A stretch of DNA of 64,000 bases, taken from a virus. Its lineage: Duplodnaviria; Caudoviricetes. Positions 23,383 through 31,886 of this stretch are shown here, piece by piece. Below the pieces are notes generated by a model. That model was not told where the DNA came from. It saw only the letters and a list, made by a program, of their open reading frames with translations, and searched no databases. The stretch lies in the IMG/VR virus record IMGVR_UViG_3300037722_000745, positions 224,001 through 288,000 of that record, one strand, 5' to 3'. A program made the position numbers and the translations under genes. Within the stretch, counting starts at the first letter, position 1. Every line of letters begins with the position of its first letter.

Positions 23383-23588
23383 GCTGTCTTCGCCTGGATG
23401 AGAGCCAACAGCTCGTCGAGCAACTCATCGTCCGCGTAGAGAAGTCGGACTAGGATCTGTTTCTGTGTCACCTTGCCTTTCGCGTCCTTCGTGTGGCGGA
23501 CCACGCAGCCGTTGTCGAAGTAGACCACCTGCTCGGTGAGTCGATCTTCATCCGCGTTGTCCAGTCGTCGTTCGTTCAGAACCCTCAT
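23373..23588 (-). CDS. hypothetical protein
   Basis: ORF between tRNA-Lys genes. Confidence 0.6.
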   Translation of the reverse strand: MRVLNERRLDNADEDRLTEQVVYFDNGCVVRHTKDAKGKVTQKQILVRLLYADDELLDELLALIQAKTAGG

Positions 23589-23595
23589 GCGTCGT

Positions 23596-23672
23596 TGGTG
23601 GGGCCGACAGGAATCGAACCTGCAACCGTCGAGTTAAAAGCTCGCTGCTCTGCCTGGTTGAGCTACGGCCCC
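23596..23672 (-). tRNA. tRNA-Lys(TTT)
   Basis: Cloverleaf, loop CTTTTAA, CCA. Confidence 0.9.
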
Positions 23673-23747
23673 AGAAGGGTCTTCGGAGTCGTAGCTACGT
23701 TTGAGTCGAGAAGTCATCGTTCGCTTACATTCATCGTTCGCTGACTT

Positions 23748-23829
23748 TGGTGGGAGTGGAGGGAATCGAACCCCCTGCGCCTTTCGACAACCGGTTTACA
23801 GCCAGTCTCCCGTCCATCGGGTCACTCCC
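23748..23829 (-). tRNA. tRNA-Tyr(GTA)
   Basis: Loop CTGTAAA, variable arm, CCA. Confidence 0.85.
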
Positions 23830-23917
23830 ATGAGTTGGTTGGAGAGTGAGCCTCGATAGCTTTCGTGGATGGGCTTTGTACGTGGGCTGATCATGTGAAA
23901 TCCTTGGTCCAGAAACG

Positions 23918-23949
23918 AAAAAAGCCACCTGGGTTTTCCCTAGGCGGCC
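23918..23949 (-). terminator. putative intrinsic terminator upstream of the tRNA array
   Basis: GCCGCCTAGGG-AAAA-CCCAGGTGGC followed by T6. Confidence 0.6.
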
Positions 23950-24331
23950 TTCGTCATGCACAGAGTGTGAGTCAACGAGAGTCCGCCTAAGTATCCGCCT
24001 CCGGGTTCTGATTGCGGCGCGTAAACGCGGAGGCTTCGACATGGGTCGTAGGCTTAATGGCGCCTGCATAACCGAGTCTCCCAAAGCCCAGTCCCAGGAC
24101 ACGCCACGACCCCGACAAGGCTTTGCCTTGCTCGAAGCGTGCTGGTGTTGAAGTCCGGGACATCATGTCGATCACTCTGGTTTGGACTGTCGTTCTTTGG
24201 GGCCGTTGTCGGTGGGTTATGAACCCAACACGAGCTGACCGTTCTACCTTCCTACGGTCTACAAGAGGAAAGTGCAACCGTCCTCGCGTCGAATTCGGAT
24301 CTTTTTCTCCGAACCTCGAGAACTCAACCAC

Positions 24332-24940
24332 TTACGGTGTGATGCCTACTTGAAGGTATGTGAGGGTACCGAGAAAATCTGGGTTGCCTTCACCAAACCC
24401 AGAGCGAAGCGTGTTGAGTCGGTCTGCCAACCACCCAAAAGTGGGATCTGCATCCCACGTGCCCGGGTAAGATACCCCCTTGAAGTCCGTGAAGCGGATG
24501 TACTCCCCGCTAGCAACCGGAGCTGTCGAGTCCCACGCCAGACGGATCTGCAAACGCGTCCCCTCCGCGATGGCATCCCCTGAGCCCGCCAACGAGTTGA
24601 CCGCCGTACTACCTCCGGTGCTGTTGAAGATAGCACACTCGGGCCGGTTGGAGTCGTCCATGTCGATCCGGATCTTGCCTCCATTGCCGACCAACTCCAT
24701 CACCGTGCTCCCCGCCCCCAACGCTGGGGCGACAACCTCAACCTCGATAATTCCTCGGATCCCAGGATGATCGATCGCAGTAGCGCCTACTCGCCTAGTT
24801 GTCACCAACAACCCCGGAAGCGACCTGAAGGTGGTCCCTGGAGGGGTGTTCAGGCTGTTAGACCCAGAACTAACGAGTGCTGGATCCATCACTAGGCCCG
24901 TCGGGTAGAGAATGTGGGAGTGGTCGGGGATGTTTGGCAT
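24332..24940 (-). CDS. hypothetical beta-rich (structural-like) protein
   Basis: Start MPNIPD; Gly/Ser/Thr-rich composition. Confidence 0.65.
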   Translation of the reverse strand: MPNIPDHSHILYPTGLVMDPALVSSGSNSLNTPPGTTFRSLPGLLVTTRRVGATAIDHPGIRGIIEVEVVAPALGAGSTVMELVGNGGKIRIDMDDSNRPECAIFNSTGGSTAVNSLAGSGDAIAEGTRLQIRLAWDSTAPVASGEYIRFTDFKGVSYPGTWDADPTFGWLADRLNTLRSGFGEGNPDFLGTLTYLQVGITP

Positions 24941-25018
24941 AATCGGCTGAGCCTCGTAATTAGGAGCAAGACGGTATACCAAGCCATCCTCAAAAGTTCT
25001 TTTGCTATCGCGTAGGCA

Positions 25019-25636
25019 ATGGGACCAATATCCGCCGACGTGCAACGGATGCTGCGCCAAGCCTCCGAGAAGACCGCCACGCAGCCTTTCGTCTGCGAAG
25101 TTTTCGAAGATCCTCAGTGGAATAGCTTCGTCGAGCTGTGGGCACCTAGGATCTACACCTTCATCCGTGAAGCCCTAGGCAGTTATGCCACCGAGCCTCG
25201 TCCAACCATCATCCCCCTAGACGCCGGATTTCACATAGCCGGAGCCAACGCGAGCTTCAACATCGTGACCGGCCAGATCCAGCTCACCCCCGCCATGGCC
25301 GGCAACCCCGGAGTCATTCTAGAGAAACTCACCCACGAGATGGTTCATGGGTCGCTAGCGGCATTCCCAGAAGGTGACCCCTTCTATGAAGAGGGTATGG
25401 CTGCGGACTACGGCACCTGGATCTTAGCTCACGCTCCCGTCTGGGAGCCATACCGTGACATGATGATCAAAGCCGCCGCCGACAACATCCGCAACCGTCG
25501 AGATCGAGCCATGGCGACGGACTCCGACTACGATCGTAAAAGGTGGGCCGGAGGCGTCTACGCAATGACAGCGTTCGGGCCCCACCTCATCACCCGGCTG
25601 AGACAGAAGAAAGAGTGTGGTGATCTGACATGGTGA
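25019..25636 (+). CDS. zincin-like metallopeptidase
   Basis: LTHEMVH plus downstream EEG (HEXXH...E). Confidence 0.7.
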   Translation: MGPISADVQRMLRQASEKTATQPFVCEVFEDPQWNSFVELWAPRIYTFIREALGSYATEPRPTIIPLDAGFHIAGANASFNIVTGQIQLTPAMAGNPGVILEKLTHEMVHGSLAAFPEGDPFYEEGMAADYGTWILAHAPVWEPYRDMMIKAAADNIRNRRDRAMATDSDYDRKRWAGGVYAMTAFGPHLITRLRQKKECGDLTW

Positions 25637-25640
25637 TCTG

Positions 25641-25838
25641 TCACTTGCGGCCTCTATTAGCCTTGAGGCGCTCGAGCTTCGCAATCGACCGACGTAGCCA
25701 TCGCGGTGGAGTGTTCCCACTCTTGGCAATAGCTTTGAGGGTCTCCTCATACTCTCTCCGACTGTTGCAGCCGTAGGAACGATCCCGATTGTCCATGTGT
25801 AGGCCGTTAAATTTCGATAAGATACCCTTGCTCATCAC
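25641..25838 (-). CDS. hypothetical protein
   Basis: ORF with 4-bp overlap to upstream gene. Confidence 0.45.
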   Translation of the reverse strand: MMSKGILSKFNGLHMDNRDRSYGCNSRREYEETLKAIAKSGNTPPRWLRRSIAKLERLKANRGRK

Positions 25839-26188
25839 AACACCTTCCCGATCCAGGATTGCTTGTACGCCCAGTAGTCACACAAGGCTCTGTAGCCGTC
25901 CTCCGTGCAAGGATCGGACAGCGATCCAACCTCCTCCTTGTCGATAAACCGCAACACCCAGTACATCATCGCAGCCACCGGATCACCACGTTCTTCGTAC
26001 GCTCGGGTCCGTTCAACACAGAACTGATACCACCAGCGTGGGTTCGGTGACGGGACAAACGGCTCACGAGGCTCAACCTCTGGCTCAGATTTGGTTGTAC
26101 GCCATCGATCCTCGTCCCGAGAGCGACGCCTCTTGCGCTTCCTCTTCGCGACCTTGCGCTGCTGCCAGCGCTCTGCCCAAGTGCTCAT
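25835..26188 (-). CDS. hypothetical protein
   Basis: ORF with 4-bp overlaps. Confidence 0.6.
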   Translation of the reverse strand: MSTWAERWQQRKVAKRKRKRRRSRDEDRWRTTKSEPEVEPREPFVPSPNPRWWYQFCVERTRAYEERGDPVAAMMYWVLRFIDKEEVGSLSDPCTEDGYRALCDYWAYKQSWIGKVL

Positions 26189-26715
26189 TCGCCCTCCAAC
26201 ATCGCCGCCAACTCCAAACTGTCCCGAAACACGGGCTCACCTCCATCTGGAAGCTCCTCCAGAGTCGACAACAAAGCCCTCCACTGGCCTTTGGGTGGTT
26301 CGAAGGCTAAAAGCCCCTTCTCAACCACCCACCCTCGAATCTCGGGTAACGTAACCTTTGCCAAAAGATACGCAAGCTTCCTAAGATCGACAACATGCCC
26401 GAGCAAAACACCCTGATGTTCATAGTCAACATCACCAAGAGGAATCAACTTCGATGGTGCTTCCCCAGCCCACTCTTTCAAATCCTCAACCACGAACACC
26501 TTTGGCTCAGAAGGTGGACCCGTCAACAAGTCCTCCAGGCGCGATTTTGGGTACCCTTTCCCCTGCTTAGGACCCGCCGCCTTCACCCCAAACAGGATAT
26601 AGCTGTCTGTCGCCACTGACCACGTAATCCGTTCAATCTTAATAGAGAACGGGGCCGCGTGCCAAGGTTTGGACCCGGACGCAAATCGCATGAGCTGTGA
26701 GAGCAAAACACTCAT
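26185..26715 (-). CDS. hypothetical protein
   Basis: 176-aa ORF. Confidence 0.65.
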   Translation of the reverse strand: MSVLLSQLMRFASGSKPWHAAPFSIKIERITWSVATDSYILFGVKAAGPKQGKGYPKSRLEDLLTGPPSEPKVFVVEDLKEWAGEAPSKLIPLGDVDYEHQGVLLGHVVDLRKLAYLLAKVTLPEIRGWVVEKGLLAFEPPKGQWRALLSTLEELPDGGEPVFRDSLELAAMLEGE

Positions 26716-26953
26716 CTGGTTTCTGTACCTGATCCAGAATTCCTCTGGGAAGATCTACACCGGCATCTCACCAGACCCTGAAAAGAGGGTGCAAGTCCAC
26801 AACACCGGGAAAGGTGCCAAAGCAACTCGTGCCGGTCGACCATGGAGGTTGGTCTATACAGAGTGCTGCGGCTCCAAAGGTCAAGCGTTGCGACGAGAAC
26901 TAGCCGTCAAGAGGTTGTCTCGAGATCAGAAACTAGAACTGATCGAGACCTAA
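26690..26953 (+). CDS. GIY-YIG nuclease (UPF0213/SLX1-like)
   Basis: FLYLI...YTGIS.DPEKRVQVHNTGKGAK.T...RPWRLVY.E...ALRRE. Confidence 0.9.
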   Translation: MSCESKTLIWFLYLIQNSSGKIYTGISPDPEKRVQVHNTGKGAKATRAGRPWRLVYTECCGSKGQALRRELAVKRLSRDQKLELIET

Positions 26954-27624
26954 TCTGCCTGAGGAAGCTTCCCCACAAGCTCGCGAATACGCTCGGCCTC
27001 CTCAGCTTCCCGTAGCTTCGCCTTCAATTTAGTTGAACGCGCCAAGTGCGATGGCATTGGCTTGTCGGCTTCCATGCCCCATGCATCCCAACCAGGTGGA
27101 CACCCTCTAGCAAACAACTCAATGCGTGAGGTATCCCCAAAAAGCTCCTCAATACGCTCCCGAACCTCTGGCGGCTTGCTAGAGTGCCCCGGTGGTCGTG
27201 GGGCGAACACATACTGGCTCTGGCTCTCGGTCCTCAATGGCAGCGTGCGACCCCGCTTCTGTGTTGAGCCTATGAGCACGATCTCGCCTAGCTGTTTCAC
27301 AAAACTCGGCCGCACCCCCTGACCTTCGATGACCTTGCCGTCCTTCGTCGTCTTGATCCAGAAATAGGCGATACCGCGGTAGTAGAAGCCCCACTGCCGG
27401 ATGAGGTCGATCGCCTCTGCGAGCTTCGGCCCGGTCGCCCACATGAACAAGACTCCCTTACCATCGATGAGCTGGCGGACTGGCAAAGCTTCAAGTTCCT
27501 CGAAGGACATCATGTTGTAATGTTTGCCAGCCGCCTGGTCCTTATCCGGGTCGCCATAGTATTCCCATGGCACGTCAATGTGTATAACCCGATAGACCGA
27601 CGGGAGAGTATCTAAGGGCCTCAT
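26950..27624 (-). CDS. MT-A70-family adenine methyltransferase
   Basis: IHIDVPWEY, LFMWAT, WGF.Y, HSSKP.E, IELFAR..GWDAWG. Confidence 0.9.
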   Translation of the reverse strand: MRPLDTLPSVYRVIHIDVPWEYYGDPDKDQAAGKHYNMMSFEELEALPVRQLIDGKGVLFMWATGPKLAEAIDLIRQWGFYYRGIAYFWIKTTKDGKVIEGQGVRPSFVKQLGEIVLIGSTQKRGRTLPLRTESQSQYVFAPRPPGHSSKPPEVRERIEELFGDTSRIELFARGCPPGWDAWGMEADKPMPSHLARSTKLKAKLREAEEAERIRELVGKLPQAD

Positions 27625-27773
27625 CGGAACACCCGGTAACCTCGACCCTCAAGAAAACCTACAGCGAATTCTTCAAAGTCGGCGTCGGTTAAATCACCTA
27701 AAGCTATGTTGATTCGATTACACACCACACGAACGTTGTCCTGCGTGTAACCTAGAGTCGAGTCAATACCCAC
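27621..27773 (-). pseudogene. HNH-like endonuclease C-terminal remnant
   Basis: IDSTLGYTQDNVRVVCNRINIAL; under the ORF-track size limit. Confidence 0.6.
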
Positions 27774-27777
27774 GTAA

Positions 27778-27905
27778 CTACGACCTGCATGCAGGGCTGC
27801 GACGCAGGGTCGTCCCCGATCCGCAGTAGGGATCGAGCGTCACCCCACCGCGGGGCGTGACGAGTTTGACGAGCCGCTCCATCAGCGCCAACGGCTTCAT
27901 GGTCG
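27778..27905 (-). pseudogene. partial duplicate of the methyltransferase C-terminus
   Basis: PTMKPLALMERLVKLVTPRGGVTLDPYCGSGTT versus PTMKSLSLMEWLVKLVTPRGGTTLDPYCGTGTT. Confidence 0.8.
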
Positions 27906-27973
27906 GGACTCCCAACAAGGGCCCGCAGAAACGACCTTGTAGCGGCCCGCCAGCGTCACAAGGGAGGGCGGGT

Positions 27974-30900
27974 TCATTCCTCCGGGACCAGTTCTTCGAG
28001 ACGAGATGAGATGTCCGCGAGGTCGTCATCAAATGCTTTGTCTCCCGACTTCGTGCGGAGTGCCTTCAGGCGAGCTTCGGCCAGGGCATGGAAGTCTGGA
28101 TCCTTCTCGATTCCGACGTACTGACAGCCCGCCTGAATAGCCGCTACACAGGTTGTCCCTGTTCCGCAGTACGGATCGAGCGTTGTCCCACCTCGGGGCG
28201 TAACGAGCTTGACCAACCATTCCATGAGGGAGAGAGATTTCATCGTGGGGTGAGGGTTCTTCGCTCCCTTCATCCAACCTTCACGCTCTTGCTTGCTGAC
28301 CTTCGCTGTGTAGAAGAATGGAGCCTCAGGCTCGAACTGACCGAAGTAGCGTGAAGCCCCTCCTCCCTCACCCACTACCGATGATGGTTTTGACCCATCA
28401 GCAGTTGTGACTGCCCCGTGGTAGCCCATACCCTTTTGACATTCACCGGAGAACCATCCCGGGGCTCTAAAACCGCTCTGCTTGTCCAACGCCTTGACCG
28501 GACACCCCTCGACACACTCGTAGACGGGGATCTCCTCCATCCCATCAGCATCACCTTGCGGCTCTGACGTGTAAGAGTGTCCGGCCCCATCACCGAACGG
28601 CTTCATCCCGTCATCGAAGCGGTTGATGACGGGGGCCTTGACCCGCTTCGAACCTACGACCTCACACTCGGTCGAATGAATCATCAGAGTGTTAGCTGGC
28701 CAACGCCCATGATTGTGGACCTCCGTCTCCACACCCCCGACCATCCCCTTCACCATCGTGTTGCGAGCTTTGCCCGGCGAACTGCTGTTGGTCCGCGTCG
28801 TGTGGCCGATCCGCGTCGCATCGATATTCAGCCCGCCCGTACCGTGCTTCAGAACGTTCTGAGCAACAGTAGCCTCCGAAAGAGGCTTACGGAACACTAA
28901 TATCGGTTCCCACGAGGGTTTAAGAGCCGTGCCAAGGCCATCAAATTGTGAAGCGGCTTCGGAGTCCACCCCTGCCTTCAACACCGCTTTCTTCACATTT
29001 AAACTCTTGGGAAAACCAGAGTTACCTGTGATGAACACCCTACCATTGCGTCGAGCTACGAACGCCCCAGTCTCCACGCGAACACACCACACCTCCCCGT
29101 CATAGTCTTTCAGATGGGTCGCATGGAGATGTCTGGACTGTAATTCCGTAGTCCGATTGTCGTGCAACGAAACACAACGCTTCTTCGCGTTGTCCCGACC
29201 TTGCCACCCGATCATGTGGGCCAGGACCTGAAACCACTCACGGTCAACACCGTCTTTTTGGTAGAATTGCTTCTGGCCTACAGATCCATCCCCGTCCATA
29301 GCTGCGGATAGAAACGCCCTCTTCTCATCAAGGGTCATCCGCCACAACAGGTCGTAAGTTGGATGTTTGCCGGGCAAGATCTCTCGAACACTCAGAGCCG
29401 GTTCGCCCGAGAAGAACCACGTGTATTCTGTGTACTCCCGGCCCTTGTATGTGCGTACCCTCTCGTACTTTTTGAAGTCGGGAGCGAACTTCTGAGTCAA
29501 CCGATCAATCTCAACCACATGGTCGGGATTGACACTGCTCTGGTAAATGCGAACACCCGTCCAGGAGTTATCGAATCCGCCCTCAGTCCAGATCCACGCC
29601 AAGAAAGCAGCGTAGTCTTCCCCGCCAATCCCCGCCCCATCGTGGTACCCAGCCAATGGTAGCTTGATTGCTTGCCACCGATTGATCTCAGCAGCCTCCA
29701 TCGGAACCCACTCTTCCTCGAACCACTTGCGACGGGTTTTTGCTACCTGTCTACGGATAGCGTGTCGCTTGAATACGCGATGGTTAGGGGTCAGTAGCTG
29801 ATCGGTGTTGTCGTTACGAAAGCACACCATCGACCCCTGGTAAGGGGCTCGGAACACTTCTAAGACAGGACGTAATCCAATCCCCTCTGTGGCCGGGTCC
29901 CACGTGGCTACCGACAAACCTTCTTTGAGTTGGTCCGGTCCCACCCACCCGTGCTCAGTGAGAATCTCACTATCCTCACTGAGACACCCGTAAACCCACT
30001 GGAACACCTGGACGCTGAACTGCGCTGCTACGGTATCTCGACACTCAAAACCCGCGAATCGCAGTCCCATCGAGATTAAGTCGAACGTGCGGGTGGAGCC
30101 AAAGCTCAAGAGGTGCCCGCCGGGCTTGAGGGCGCGGTAGCATTCCCTCCATACGGCAACGGGCGGGATTTCCCAGGTATGACCCATAAAATCTTTATGT
30201 GTCTTGTGTGGTGAATGGAAACGATCCAACAGAACCCTTGGCACCGCAACGTTCAACGTAATTGCCCCGCCTGCGGGCAACCCTACCTTGCAAGTCAGAA
30301 AGCGCTTGAGAAGCGTCGTCAGACTACCTGCTCCAGACGCTGTTCCTATACACTCCGAGGAAGTCAGAAGAAGTCGAGCGTCGGCTTGGTCTGCGGGGTC
30401 TGCAAAAACGAGTTCACCAGAAACCCGAGCCACATCAAGGGTAAGCACGGCGCAAACTTCTGTAGCCCTATCTGTCACTATAAAGGGCGCTCCCTCGGGC
30501 TCTCCAAACGGATTGTGTACAAGCCGTACAACCATACGAAACAAGGCCGGGCCAACCGAAGTAAAGCAGCCGCACACCTCTACGCATCCGGTAAAGGTTT
30601 GGCTTTCCCGAAGACAGAACTGGCGGTCCTTGAGCGCCTCAAAACCCAAGGAATCAACGTTGTCCACCAGAAGGTTGTCGAACTTCCCGACAGGGCCTAT
30701 GCGGTTGACTTCTTTTTCCCCACTAGAGCCGACGGGGGTTTGATCATCGAATTGGATAACCCCGGACGACATGATCGGGGGTTGATGCACGCTGACTTTG
30801 AACGAGACAAGATCTTGAGCGAATTGGGGTTCGAGGTCGTCCGCTTGTGGGACAACGGACGACCGGAGAATGCTATTCGCGCAGTGCTGGACACCCTTCT

Positions 30901-31081
30901 TCAATGGCCCGAGAGACGGAGCGCCTCCAAGGTACCGGATGATGTCCTCTGCGGTAGGTTCTCTAGAAGATAGACCATACGGGGGGTCAGTGACGATCGA
31001 GTCAACGCTGGAGTCAGGGAGCGTCTTCAGGACTTCGAGGCAGTCGCCCAGGTGGACCTGGTTAGGTTTCAGAGCTGGCAT
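27974..31081 (-). CDS. N6A/N4C DNA methyltransferase carrying an intein and a second in-frame insertion
   Basis: DPPY at N-terminus, LDPYCGTGTT at C-terminus, LKPGG and YG-SGFPKS motifs. Confidence 0.9.
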   Translation of the reverse strand: MPALKPNQVHLGDCLEVLKTLPDSSVDSIVTDPPYGLSSREPTAEDIIRYLGGAPSLGPLKKGVQHCANSILRSSVVPQADDLEPQFAQDLVSFKVSVHQPPIMSSGVIQFDDQTPVGSSGEKEVNRIGPVGKFDNLLVDNVDSLGFEALKDRQFCLRESQTFTGCVEVCGCFTSVGPALFRMVVRLVHNPFGEPEGAPFIVTDRATEVCAVLTLDVARVSGELVFADPADQADARLLLTSSECIGTASGAGSLTTLLKRFLTCKVGLPAGGAITLNVAVPRVLLDRFHSPHKTHKDFMGHTWEIPPVAVWRECYRALKPGGHLLSFGSTRTFDLISMGLRFAGFECRDTVAAQFSVQVFQWVYGCLSEDSEILTEHGWVGPDQLKEGLSVATWDPATEGIGLRPVLEVFRAPYQGSMVCFRNDNTDQLLTPNHRVFKRHAIRRQVAKTRRKWFEEEWVPMEAAEINRWQAIKLPLAGYHDGAGIGGEDYAAFLAWIWTEGGFDNSWTGVRIYQSSVNPDHVVEIDRLTQKFAPDFKKYERVRTYKGREYTEYTWFFSGEPALSVREILPGKHPTYDLLWRMTLDEKRAFLSAAMDGDGSVGQKQFYQKDGVDREWFQVLAHMIGWQGRDNAKKRCVSLHDNRTTELQSRHLHATHLKDYDGEVWCVRVETGAFVARRNGRVFITGNSGFPKSLNVKKAVLKAGVDSEAASQFDGLGTALKPSWEPILVFRKPLSEATVAQNVLKHGTGGLNIDATRIGHTTRTNSSSPGKARNTMVKGMVGGVETEVHNHGRWPANTLMIHSTECEVVGSKRVKAPVINRFDDGMKPFGDGAGHSYTSEPQGDADGMEEIPVYECVEGCPVKALDKQSGFRAPGWFSGECQKGMGYHGAVTTADGSKPSSVVGEGGGASRYFGQFEPEAPFFYTAKVSKQEREGWMKGAKNPHPTMKSLSLMEWLVKLVTPRGGTTLDPYCGTGTTCVAAIQAGCQYVGIEKDPDFHALAEARLKALRTKSGDKAFDDDLADISSRLEELVPEE
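29021..29986 (-). mobile_element. intein (322 aa) with LAGLIDADG-type endonuclease
   Basis: YG|CLSEDSEILTEHGW ... VWCVRVETGAFVARRNGRVFITGN|S; internal AMDGDGS. Confidence 0.92.
30215..30973 (+). CDS. Zn-finger plus DUF559/Vsr-like endonuclease nested antisense inside the methyltransferase
   Basis: CPAC/CSRRC/CGVC/CSPIC fingers; YAVDFF..LIIELD...H...DFERDKILSELGFEVVRLW. Confidence 0.85.
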   Translation: METIQQNPWHRNVQRNCPACGQPYLASQKALEKRRQTTCSRRCSYTLRGSQKKSSVGLVCGVCKNEFTRNPSHIKGKHGANFCSPICHYKGRSLGLSKRIVYKPYNHTKQGRANRSKAAAHLYASGKGLAFPKTELAVLERLKTQGINVVHQKVVELPDRAYAVDFFFPTRADGGLIIELDNPGRHDRGLMHADFERDKILSELGFEVVRLWDNGRPENAIRAVLDTLLQWPERRSASKVPDDVLCGRFSRR

Positions 31082-31108
31082 AGATCCTCCGGTAAGGCTC
31101 TATGCCAT

Positions 31109-31876
31109 TTAGACGCCTACCTGAAGGTAATCAAAGTTGTTCTGGAGTACCTTGAGGATCTTTGCCTTGTACCCGACGTGCCATAGAGAGGGTGTTAACG
31201 GTTTGCCGGTCGAGCTGTAAGGATGCTTCAACAAGGACTCCACCCCATTGGCCACATCTCCAACGATTTCCTTGTCAGAGTACCCGTCGATCAATGAGAG
31301 CTTCACATAGAGTGGCGCATCAGGATGGATAGCTCTCAACTTGCTCTGCAGCTTAGGGAGTTGTCGTTTGAGTTGCTGCTCTACAGTGTCCTCGTCGAAC
31401 ACCGAAAGCTCGTGACGACCCTCTTCCCCATCACTGAAGAAGATGTCACTGACCTCCCGCTTCTTCTTTAGGGCATTCAGCCCCTGTCGCCGGAGACCCG
31501 TATAGACATACTGCTCGGCATCACGCAAAGAAGACCCTTCACGTATCCCTTGAGATCCAGAACTGAGGAATCGAACCATGAAGTCCATCATCACCTCCTC
31601 GACAAAGTCCGGATGGCGAAATCGGCTCATCATCGAACGATAGGAGATCTTACCGAACTTCCTCGCGCGGTTCTTGTAGTCGTCAGGGATCCCCTGCACC
31701 CCTCTCTTGAGGAACTCGGCGTACATCGCTTCCCCAAAAGCATCCGTGGTTGTCACCGCCAGACGAGTGAAGAAATCCCCGAGGCGGACCTGTAAGGGTA
31801 AAGAAGCCCAAAGCTGCCGTCGGAGATCACCAGAGGCTTGGACTAGCTTCGCTATGCGATCCATCACCAGAGCCAC
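31109..31876 (-). CDS. sigma-factor-like protein
   Basis: Region-2-like EEVMMDFMVRFL..YVYTGLRRQGLNAL and region-4-like LIDGYSDKEI. Confidence 0.5.
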   Translation of the reverse strand: MALVMDRIAKLVQASGDLRRQLWASLPLQVRLGDFFTRLAVTTTDAFGEAMYAEFLKRGVQGIPDDYKNRARKFGKISYRSMMSRFRHPDFVEEVMMDFMVRFLSSGSQGIREGSSLRDAEQYVYTGLRRQGLNALKKKREVSDIFFSDGEEGRHELSVFDEDTVEQQLKRQLPKLQSKLRAIHPDAPLYVKLSLIDGYSDKEIVGDVANGVESLLKHPYSSTGKPLTPSLWHVGYKAKILKVLQNNFDYLQVGV

Positions 31877-31886
31877 GACACAAAAA

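Noticed and set aside
456-23829. HDV-like theta ribozymes at tRNA 3' ends
   Set aside because: I could not identify the nested double-pseudoknot pattern after any tRNA by eye; a dedicated motif search is needed to exclude it
30200-30930. Group I/II intron or second intein as explanation of the methyltransferase insert
   Set aside because: The antisense ORF fills the insert, leaving no room for ribozyme helices, and there are no Cys/Ser start or HN/GN end motifs
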